Assembly: GCA_943371425.1 (NCBI GenBank)
Contig: CALRUR010000001.1
Coordinates: forward strand, 44,689 to 76,688
From: Sphingobacterium thalpophilum
Lineage (GTDB): Bacteria > Bacteroidota > Bacteroidia > Sphingobacteriales > Sphingobacteriaceae
DNA length: 32,000 nt
Direction: 5' to 3'
Positions within the stretch are counted from its first letter, which is position 1. The number at the start of each line of letters is the position of its first letter. Positions 16,882 through 25,200 of the stretch are shown here, in pieces. Made by a program: the position numbers and the translations under genes. The notes beneath the pieces were generated by a model. That model saw only the letters and a program-made list of their open reading frames with translations. It did not search any database and was not told the origin of the DNA.

Positions 16882-18111
16882 TCAAGCATTTTTCTTTTCG
16901 TTTAAATTGATGAGGTAATAATACCAAACCACTCCAAATGCATAGAGCGCCGCTGTAATTAAAAACACGTTGGCATACATCATACCCGAATTGCGGAGCA
17001 CTCTAAAAATGATAGCACTTAAGAACCAACTACCCGACCATATTGAAGCAGTAAGTGCCGAAATTATTTCTTGATTTTTTGGACCCACATAATTCATCAC
17101 CAATTCTGACGCAGCAGGAGCAGCCATGTTCATTAGGGGCTGACGAAGCAGGAAGAAAAACACCGCTGCAAAATAAGCCCAACCTGCAGTGCTGTAAAAC
17201 TCTGTACAGGCTAATAATGCTAAAGAAACTACTGCAATGGTTTGGGTTCTGGTAATGGCCACTTTATATCCGTATTTATTTTTGATATGAGGAACCAAGA
17301 GCGCTGCAAATGCTACGGTTACCGACGAAAATGCATTGATAATAGAGAACCGTTCGGCACTCATGTTAAACACTTTGTAAAAAAATAAATTGATGAAGGG
17401 AATGGTGAGGCCTGCACCAATGGCCAATATTAAAGAGGGTGTCATGGCCATCGCAATTACTTTCCAATCGAAGCCGCTTAAATCTTTTCTGCTTCCTTCC
17501 ACTTTTGGTAATACTTCTGCCCTACCCATTTTCCAAACAAAAAATACACTTAAAATAGAGAGTGCAGAAATTAATAAAAGCGATTCGTACTCGTGAAATA
17601 AATCTGGATTAAAATAATTTAATAAAAAAATTAAAGTGCCAGAACTAATCATGGCAAAACTATAGGTGGAGTAGCTTAAAGAGATGGCAGCACTTTGGTT
17701 TTCTAGAGAAGTATTACGTATAATAAATGGCAAGGCCAACACTTGCATACATGCATAAGAAATACCCCACATGGCTAAGCAAACATGCACTAACATTGGC
17801 ATTTCATATTCAACAGAAAATAAAATACCGAGGCTAAATAAAGAAACACCTACGGATGCGAAATAAAAGAAAGGACGAATTTTGCGACCTTTAATGTATA
17901 AGCCCAGTGGGAATGCCAATAACATTACACTTAAAAAACGCCACGAAATAAAATCTGCAATTTCCGGATCGGAGTATCCTTTTTTAGAAAGATAAATATT
18001 CAACACCATCATCATTGCTGCGTTAACCATTTGTATAAAAAACTCGGCGGCGATCATTAGCACTACCGATTTTTCTATCTTCCAATATGGCTTGAGCATT
18101 TTATTGAACAT
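16882..18111 (-). CDS. MFS transporter (12-TM)
   Basis: 409 aa, hydrophobic throughout with about 12 predicted helices. It has an MFS-like loop motif between TM2 and TM3 (GLYIKGRKIRP). Confidence 0.85.
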   Translation of the reverse strand: MFNKMLKPYWKIEKSVVLMIAAEFFIQMVNAAMMMVLNIYLSKKGYSDPEIADFISWRFLSVMLLAFPLGLYIKGRKIRPFFYFASVGVSLFSLGILFSVEYEMPMLVHVCLAMWGISYACMQVLALPFIIRNTSLENQSAAISLSYSTYSFAMISSGTLIFLLNYFNPDLFHEYESLLLISALSILSVFFVWKMGRAEVLPKVEGSRKDLSGFDWKVIAMAMTPSLILAIGAGLTIPFINLFFYKVFNMSAERFSIINAFSSVTVAFAALLVPHIKNKYGYKVAITRTQTIAVVSLALLACTEFYSTAGWAYFAAVFFFLLRQPLMNMAAPAASELVMNYVGPKNQEIISALTASIWSGSWFLSAIIFRVLRNSGMMYANVFLITAALYAFGVVWYYYLINLNEKKNA

Positions 18112-18997
18112 CGTGTATTTTATCTTCTATGTATTTTTGTATATGATGTAAATCTTTGTAATTAAACCAAACTATTTCTTCGTCGCGGCGAAACCAAGTG
18201 AACTGCCTTTTGGCATATCGCCTCGTATTTCTTTTTATTAATTCGATTGCTGTATCACGCGAATGTTTCCCCTCAAAATAATCGAACCACTCTGTATATC
18301 CAACGGTTTGCAAGGCATATTCGTTTTTAGAAGGGTATAACTTTTTCGCTTCTTCTTCTAATCCTGCATGTACCATTTCATCTACTCGAGTGTTAATGCG
18401 ATGGTATAACAATTCACGATCGTCTGTTAAGCCAATTTTAATAATGTTAAAATCTCGCGCTTTTTTATTTCCTGTTCTGAGTTCCGAATATTTTTTACCT
18501 GTTAACAAAATAATTTCCAAGGCACGCATTAAACGTTGCGGATTCTGAACATCAACTTCTGCATAATACTCTGGGTCTAGGGCTTTCAGTTTATCTTGCA
18601 AACTTTCTAAAGATTCTTTCGCTAAATTATTTCGCAACTCATCGTCGCGCAGCTCCACAGGATCAAGCCCTTCGCACAATGCTTGTATATATAAACCCGA
18701 GCCTCCTACAGCAATTACTGTTTGGTATTTTTTAAACAATTCTGATAAAGTTTCTAAAGCCAAACGTTCGAAAGTGCCTGCATCTACTACCTCTTTAAAT
18801 GAATGTGAATTAATGAGGTGGTGTTTTACACTTGCCAATTCTTCATCACTAGGCTTTGCCGTTCCTATTTCCAACTCTTTGTAAAACTGACGAGAATCTG
18901 TTGATAAAATTTCCGTTTGGTAATGTTTCGCAAGTTCAATTGCCATGGAGGTTTTTCCAACTGCGGTAGGACCGACGATGAGGAGCAGGGTTTTCAT
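18101..18997 (-). CDS. miaA: tRNA dimethylallyltransferase
   Basis: 298 aa. P-loop GPTAVGKTSMAIELA, DSRQFYKELEIGTAKP and GGSGLY are the MiaA signatures. Confidence 0.96.
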   Translation of the reverse strand: MKTLLLIVGPTAVGKTSMAIELAKHYQTEILSTDSRQFYKELEIGTAKPSDEELASVKHHLINSHSFKEVVDAGTFERLALETLSELFKKYQTVIAVGGSGLYIQALCEGLDPVELRDDELRNNLAKESLESLQDKLKALDPEYYAEVDVQNPQRLMRALEIILLTGKKYSELRTGNKKARDFNIIKIGLTDDRELLYHRINTRVDEMVHAGLEEEAKKLYPSKNEYALQTVGYTEWFDYFEGKHSRDTAIELIKRNTRRYAKRQFTWFRRDEEIVWFNYKDLHHIQKYIEDKIHDVQ

Positions 18998-19020
18998 TAA
19001 ATGGTGTAAATAAAATTAAA

Positions 19021-19080
19021 AATTATGAATTATGAATTATGAATTATGAATGAACGCGCTTTCATTCATAATTCATAATT
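19021..19080. terminator. Heptamer-built hairpin of the same AATTATG/CATAATT family, downstream of the 197-aa gene and upstream of miaA
   Basis: aattatgaattatgaattatgaattatgaatgaa, then loop cgcgc(t), then ttcattcataattcataatt. The left arm is longer (34 nt) than the right arm (20 nt). Confidence 0.7.
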
Positions 19081-19086
19081 TAAATA

Positions 19087-19680
19087 CTATATTTCCTCGT
19101 CGAACTCTGTTCCAAACTCATCCTTCTCTGCTTCCTCCCCTTCTTCTTCTTCAGCTGCGCCATCGTCGAAGCCCATTTCATCGCGGTCTTCTTCATCTTC
19201 GGCATATTCTAACACATTTAAGAAATCGAGGTCTCCGTTTTCTTCGGTAGCCGAAATAATTGGAACGTTGCCAAATTGCTTTGGTGCTTCGCCAATGGTT
19301 TTAACACATAAAGGGTAGGCTACTTTTGCATCTTCGTTAATTACAATTTTAATCAACTCAATATGGAAGGTCCAAGGTTTTTCGAAATTGAATACGTAGT
19401 ATATTTTTTGATGTGGATCTACAATAAAGTTTTTTAAAACCGATGCATCCATCAAACTTACTTTTTCATTTTTAAGGTCTTTTTCAAACTGAGTAATTTC
19501 TTTGCCTTTATGCCAATAATCGTTACTCATGTAAAAAGATGCCGAAGCATTTCCATCAAAGCCAATGGATTGGTGAATTGTTTTATGGAAATCGGCGAAT
19601 GTTTGGTTCGATTTTATTTCAATATCTCTACTGATATCGTCGTAATCTTCAAAACTAACACGGAATTTATAAACAGCCAT
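19087..19680 (-). CDS. Hypothetical protein with MM3350/pRiA4b-ORF3-like N-terminal domain and strongly acidic C-terminal tail
   Basis: 197 aa. YKFRVSFEDYDDISRDIEIKSNQTFADFHKTIHQSIGFDGNASASFYMSND resembles the MM3350-like domain pattern. The tail reads DEEDRDEMGFDDGAAEEEEGEEAEKDEFGTEFDEEI. Confidence 0.5.
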   Translation of the reverse strand: MAVYKFRVSFEDYDDISRDIEIKSNQTFADFHKTIHQSIGFDGNASASFYMSNDYWHKGKEITQFEKDLKNEKVSLMDASVLKNFIVDPHQKIYYVFNFEKPWTFHIELIKIVINEDAKVAYPLCVKTIGEAPKQFGNVPIISATEENGDLDFLNVLEYAEDEEDRDEMGFDDGAAEEEEGEEAEKDEFGTEFDEEI

Positions 19681-19731
19681 AGTGTATTCTAATCTTTATA
19701 CAAAATAAAGAAATCTTATGATTAATAATGA

Positions 19732-21141
19732 TTATTTTTTTCTTTTTAGTCCTAATTCTTCACCCTTTGCAAACATAAATTCAAGCGCTTGAGTCCTGTC
19801 ATTAGGTATTTCGCCCTCTAAAATGGCCTCTCTAATGGCATTTTTTATTATCCCAACTTCTCTGCCCGCCCCTAATCCAAAATATTCCATTATATCGTTT
19901 CCATCTACCGGTGGTTGCCAATTTCTTAATTGGTCTTTCTCCTCCACCTCTATTAATTTCTGTTTTACAAGTTCAAAGTTATTCTTGTACTTTTTTACTT
20001 TGTATTCGTTTTTCGTAGTGATGTCGGCATTACACAATAGCATTAGGCTTTCTATATCCTCTCCTGCTTCAAACAATAATCGCCTTACAGCCGAATCGGT
20101 TACGGTACTCTGTGCCAATACAATGGGGCGTAAATGCAATTGCACCAATTTCTGCACGAGTTTCATTTTCTCATTTTGTGGCAATCGTAAATCTCTAAAT
20201 ATTTTAGGAACCATGCGTGCACCTTTGTCCTCATGCCCATGGAAAGTCCAGCCAATGCCTTCCTCAAATCTTTTCGTTGCAGGTTTCGCTATATCATGTA
20301 ATATTGCTGCCCAGCGCAACCATAAATCGTCGGTGGTTTCGCAAATATTATCGAGCACCTGCAGGGTATGGTAAAAATTATCTTTATGCGACTTCCCTTT
20401 TATGGTATCTACCCCATGTAATTGGGCCATTAATGGGAATATTAATTTTAACAAACCAGAATCGAACAAAAGTTCAAAACCAATGGAAGGTTTATTCGCT
20501 AATATTATTTTATTGAGTTCATCGGTAATGCGCTCTTTAGATACAATTTCTATACGGTTTGCATTTTTTCTGATGGCTTCAAAGGATTCATCATCAATTT
20601 TAAAATTTAATTGAGTGGCAAATCGAATGGCACGCATCATCCTCAAAGGATCGTCGGAATAGGTAATATCAGGATTTAAAGGGGTGCGAATTTTCTTTAA
20701 TTTCAAATCGCCTTGCCCATCAAAAGGATCTATTAAATGTCCGAAATCAAGGGCATTTAAACTGATGGCCATGGCATTAATGGTAAAATCTCGTCGGTTC
20801 TGGTCGTCTTGTAAAGTGCCATCTTCTACAATGGGTTTACGAGAATCGCTGCGGTACGATTCTTTGCGGGCCCCAACAAACTCAATGTCCCAATCTTGAA
20901 ACACCAATTGAGCGGTGCCAAAATTCTTGAAAACATTTACACGTGTGCCTTTTCCAATTTTCTTCGCCACTAATTCGGCAAAGTCTATTCCGTTGCCAAT
21001 AATTAAGAAATCCACATCCTTAGAAGCCCTGTTCAAGAGCAAATCGCGCACATAACCGCCAATAACATAGGCAGGTGTTTTGCTCTCCTTTGCTACTTCA
21101 GAAATGATCTTAAAAATTGGATTGCTAAATAAATGCTTCAT
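19732..21141 (-). CDS. CCA-adding tRNA nucleotidyltransferase / poly(A) polymerase-family protein with HD domain
   Basis: Head-domain motifs GGYVRDLLL and DVDF, RRDFTINAM, and the HD region ILHDIAKP. The track ORF starts at 21264, but its first 41 codons are read through a word-repeat element. ATG at 21139-21141 (MKHLFSNPIFKII) is the likely start. Confidence 0.9.
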   Translation of the reverse strand: MKHLFSNPIFKIISEVAKESKTPAYVIGGYVRDLLLNRASKDVDFLIIGNGIDFAELVAKKIGKGTRVNVFKNFGTAQLVFQDWDIEFVGARKESYRSDSRKPIVEDGTLQDDQNRRDFTINAMAISLNALDFGHLIDPFDGQGDLKLKKIRTPLNPDITYSDDPLRMMRAIRFATQLNFKIDDESFEAIRKNANRIEIVSKERITDELNKIILANKPSIGFELLFDSGLLKLIFPLMAQLHGVDTIKGKSHKDNFYHTLQVLDNICETTDDLWLRWAAILHDIAKPATKRFEEGIGWTFHGHEDKGARMVPKIFRDLRLPQNEKMKLVQKLVQLHLRPIVLAQSTVTDSAVRRLLFEAGEDIESLMLLCNADITTKNEYKVKKYKNNFELVKQKLIEVEEKDQLRNWQPPVDGNDIMEYFGLGAGREVGIIKNAIREAILEGEIPNDRTQALEFMFAKGEELGLKRKK

Positions 21142-21162
21142 TTTGCTGCGAAGATACATATT

Positions 21163-21218
21163 TTCGAAATGTAGAAGTATCGAAATGAAGAAGAGTAGAA
21201 ATGTAGAAGAGTAGAATT
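21163..21218. repeat. GTAGAA/TCGAAA word repeat upstream of the four-helix-bundle gene
   Basis: ttcgaaatgtagaagtatcgaaatgaagaagagtagaaatgtagaagagtagaa. The reverse complement of 21163-21187 matches 21741-21765 at 23 of 25 positions. Confidence 0.75.
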
Positions 21219-21284
21219 TTGAAAAAACATGCATAAATGCAGTTTTATTTTTTAAAAAAGGCATTTATACTTGCATTAAAAAAG

Positions 21285-21602
21285 ATGAAAAATGAAATTT
21301 TAATGTCAAAAAGCTTCGAATTAGCTTCGGCTATTATTGATATCTGCAAGGAAATAAATAAAACAGAATGGAAGGTAATATCTCATCAATTATTAAAATG
21401 CGGTACTTCTGTAGGCGCAAACATAAGAGAGTCTGTTTATGCTGAAAGTAAAAATGATTTTATTCATAAGTTAAGTATTTCTAGAAAAGAAGCCTCAGAA
21501 TGTAAATACTGGCTGGATTTAATTTTACACAAAAATATTTATGAGGTTGATTCTAAAGTGCTCGATATCTTAAATCATATTCAAAAAGTGATCACTATAT
21601 AA
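21285..21602 (+). CDS. Four-helix-bundle protein (23S rRNA intervening-sequence protein family)
   Basis: SFELASAIIDICKEINK...ISHQLLKCGTSVGANIRESVYAESKNDFIHKLSISRKEASECKYWLDLI matches the family pattern (..QL.R...SI.aNIAEg......DF...L.IA.gS..E....L). The likely start is ATG 21285 (MKNEIL) rather than 21237. Confidence 0.85.
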   Translation: MKNEILMSKSFELASAIIDICKEINKTEWKVISHQLLKCGTSVGANIRESVYAESKNDFIHKLSISRKEASECKYWLDLILHKNIYEVDSKVLDILNHIQKVITI

Positions 21603-21612
21603 ATCAATGCCA

Positions 21613-21780
21613 GTAGAAAGAGGTAGAATGGTCGAAGTTTCGAAAGGTCGTAGGGTAGAAAGGTCGAAACTTAGAAAGATAGAAGTGTAAACTATTCGAC
21701 CATTCTACATTTCGACCATTCTACATTTCGATATTTCTACCTTTCGATATTTCTACATTTCGAAACTTCGACATTTCTAC
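21613..21780. repeat. ~170-bp imperfect palindrome built of GTAGAA/TCGAA(A/C) words downstream of the four-helix-bundle gene
   Basis: The left half carries gtagaa/gtcgaa words (21613-21686), e.g. gtagaatggtcgaa at 21623-21636. The right half carries the complementary words ttcgaccattctac (twice), ttcgatatttctac (twice) and ttcgacatttctac (21695-21780). Confidence 0.8.
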
Positions 21781-21793
21781 TTACCTTTGATAC

Positions 21794-22174
21794 ATGAGGA
21801 AACTCTTCACTTACATCGTCATCAGTTTATACCTTTTGGGAAGCACAGAGGCTTACCAGTTGCTGAAGATTGGGTATTTAGTGGAGCATTACTTCGAACA
21901 TAAAGATGCCAACAACTTAGGTTTGCTTGAGTTTATTGATGTTCACTATATACAACCGAGTGTGGTAGATGCAGATTATGCAGAAGACATGAAGCTTCCT
22001 TTTAAATCGCATAAAGAATGCCAAGCGCAAATTACCCATTTCGCAAAATTACCCATCAACGATTTCTTTACAGATGTACCCTACATCGAAACCAATACAA
22101 AAATTGCTGAATACAACTCACCATTTACTGGTACTCAGTACCTCGAGGAAATTTTCCAACCGCCAAGAGCTTGA
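21794..22174 (+). CDS. Small exported/membrane-anchored His-rich protein upstream of the RND pump
   Basis: 126 aa. N-terminal hydrophobic segment MRKLFTYIVISLYLLGSTEA. His/acidic motifs: EHYFEHKD, DVHY, DADYAEDMKLPFKSHKECQAQITH. Same strand as the RND gene and 123 nt upstream of it. Confidence 0.6.
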   Translation: MRKLFTYIVISLYLLGSTEAYQLLKIGYLVEHYFEHKDANNLGLLEFIDVHYIQPSVVDADYAEDMKLPFKSHKECQAQITHFAKLPINDFFTDVPYIETNTKIAEYNSPFTGTQYLEEIFQPPRA

Positions 22175-22263
22175 AATTGCCTAGCTAATTGCTAAACGAT
22201 AATACGACTTTACGAATTAAGTTCATACAATTTAGCAAAATTATTTCTCGCTAGGTAAAACCG

Positions 22264-22294
22264 ATAATTCATAATTCATAATTCATAATTCAAC
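22264..22294 (+). repeat. Four tandem ATAATTC/CATAATT heptamers ending 3 nt before the RND start codon (no local inverted partner)
   Basis: ataattcataattcataattcataattcaac, then att ATG (22298). Confidence 0.8.
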
Positions 22295-22297
22295 ATT

Positions 22298-25200
22298 ATG
22301 TTAAATGCTATCATTTCATTTTCTGTACGTCAGAAACTGATCATCGCGTTATTTACCTTTAGCCTTGTGCTTTGGGGTATATACGAAGCCACGCGTTTGC
22401 CTATTGATGCGGTTCCGGATATTACCGACAATCAGGCTCAAATTATTACCATTAGTCCGGCATTGGGTGCGCCCGATGTAGAACGTCTCATAACCTTTCC
22501 TATAGAACAAGCGAATAGCAATATTCCAGGCATCAAAAAAATTAGAAGTTTTTCTCGCTTTGGTTTATCGCTCGTAACCATTGTTTTTGAAGATGAGGTG
22601 GATATTTATTGGGCGCGACAACAAATTGCGGAGCGATTATTAAAAGTACAAAACGATTTACCAAAAGGTGTTGGCAACCCAGAGTTGGCTCCGGTGACTA
22701 CGGGCCTCGGCGAAATATACCAATACGTAGTGCGCGCAGAGAAAGGCTACGAAGAAAAGTATTCGATTTCCGATTTACGAACCATACAAGATTGGATCAT
22801 CCGCCGTCAGCTCTTAGGAGTAAAAGGTGTTGCAGATGTATCGAGTTTTGGAGGTGCTTTAAAACAATATGAAGTAAGCATTAACCCAGCGCAATTGCAA
22901 GCAAATGGCATAAGCATTAACGAAGTGTTTGAAGCCTTAAACAGCAACAACTCTAATACCGGTGGTGCTTATATAGAACGAGGCGATGGAATTTTATACA
23001 TACGCTCGGAAGGTTTATTAAAAACATTTGCCGACATAGAAAACATAGTTGTAAAAACGAATAGCTCCGGAACGCCTCTACGTATTAGAGATGTAGCCAA
23101 AGTTCAATTTGCAGAAGCAGTGCGTTACGGTGCCATGTGTTATAACGCAGATGGTGAAGTAGCCGGTGCCATTGTAATGATGTTGAAAGGAGCAAACTCC
23201 TCTGAAGTTATAGATAATGTAAAAACCAGAATCGAGGAAATTCGAAAAACATTACCCGAAGGAATTGTGCTCGAAGCATTTCTAGACCGCAGTAAAATGG
23301 TGAACAATGCCATTGGTACGGTGGAGAAAAATTTAATGGAAGGTGCCCTCATCGTTATTTTTGTGCTCGTTTTATTCCTCGGTAATTTACGCGCTGGATT
23401 AATTGTTGCATCGGTAATTCCACTATCTATGTTGTTCGCCATTATAATGATGAACTTATTTGGAGTGAGTGGAAATTTAATGAGTTTGGGTGCCATTGAT
23501 TTTGGATTAATTGTGGATGGTGCGGTTATTATTGTGGAAGCCATTATGCATCAGCTCAGCCATTCTAAAAGGTTTGTAAATATTACGAAACTGAGTCAAT
23601 CAGAAATGAACGAAGAGGTAAACAGTTCGGCTTCTAAAATGATGAACTCTGCGGTATTCGGTCAGATTATAATTTTAGTGGTGTATTTGCCCATCTTTTC
23701 TTTACAAGGCATAGAAGGTAAAATGTTTTCGCCAATGGCTGCTACGGTTGCCTTTGCGCTTGTTGGAGCATTTTTATTATCGCTCACCTATGTACCCATG
23801 ATGAGTTCTTTATTCATCTCTAAAAAAATAAAACACGAGCCAAATATTTCTGATAGAGTAATGATTGCCTTAGAAAAGAAATATCAACACGCTTTAGAAT
23901 TTGTACTCAACCATAAACGTAAAAGTTTAGCACTCGTATTCGCTATTTTCTTATTTTCTATTTTCTTACTATCGAACATGGGTGGCGAGTTTATTCCCGA
24001 ACTAGAAGAAGGAGATTTTGCAGTAGATACCAGAGTACTCACAGGAAGTAATTTAAACACTACTATAGAAGGCACACAAGCCACTGCAAAAATATTGTTA
24101 GAGAAATTTCCGGAAGTAGAAAAGGTAGTAACTAAAATTGGTAGTGGCGAAATTCCTACCGACCCCATGCCTATTGAAGCGAGTGACATGATGGTAATTT
24201 TGAAAGATAAATCGGAATGGACTTCGGCAGAAACCTATGATGAACTCGCAGAAAAAATGAGTGAAGAATTAGCTGCAGTTCCCGGCTTAACAGTAGGCTT
24301 TCAGTACCCAGTGCAAATGAGGTTTAATGAACTAATGACAGGTGCACGACAAGATGTGGTGTGTAAAATTTTTGGCGAAGATTTAGACACCTTGGCATTG
24401 TATGCACATAAACTAGGAGAAATTATAAAAACAGTGGATGGCGCGAAAGACTTGTATGTAGAGGCGATTGGCGGCATGCCACAAATTGTTATTCAATACA
24501 AAAGAGAAGCATTGGCACAATACGGTATTAGTGTTGATGAAATAAATAGTACCGTAAATGCTGCATATGCAGGTGCAGTAAGTGGTAAAATTTACGAAGG
24601 CGAAAAACAATTTGATTTGGTAGTACGCATGGATAAAAATTTCAAAAATGATATGGAAAGTTTAGAGAATTTGTTGGTGAGCAGAACAAATGGTTCCTCT
24701 GTTCCTTTAAGTTTACTTGCCGATATTTCTATTATTGATGGACCCAACCAAATACAAAGAGAAGATGCCAAACGAAGAATTATTATTGGCTTTAACGTAA
24801 GAGGTAAAGATGTGCAAACCATAGTTACCGAATTAAAAGCAAAGGTGGATAAACAAATAAAACTTCCGCCGGGATATTATACCGTTTACGGAGGATCTTT
24901 CGAAAATTTAGTAGCTGCAACCAATCGTTTAGCAGTGGCAGTTCCTCTCTCTTTATTATTAATTTTATTGATGTTGTATTTTGCATTTGGATCTGTAAAA
25001 CAAAGTATCTTAATATTTAGTGCTATTCCGCTCTCTGCCATTGGTGGTATATTCGCCTTAAGTTTACGTGGCTTACCTTTTAGTATTTCTGCAGGCATTG
25101 GTTTTATTGCACTCTTTGGGGTAGCTGTATTAAACGGAATTGTATTGATTGCAGAATTTAACCGATTGAGAAAAGAAGGTTGGCATGATGCAAGGCAAAT

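Noticed and set aside
21142-21264. N-terminal 41-codon extension of the CCA-enzyme ORF (track start 21264)
   Set aside because: The extension is read through the GTAGAA/TCGAAA word-repeat element and gives a Phe/Leu/Ser-rich peptide. The conserved head domain begins right after the internal Met at 21141.
21285-21602. Four-helix-bundle gene as evidence for a nearby 23S rRNA gene or intervening sequence
   Set aside because: I see no rRNA-like sequence on either side. The flanks are a CCA-enzyme gene and the RND locus. The family is common as stand-alone genes in Bacteroidota.
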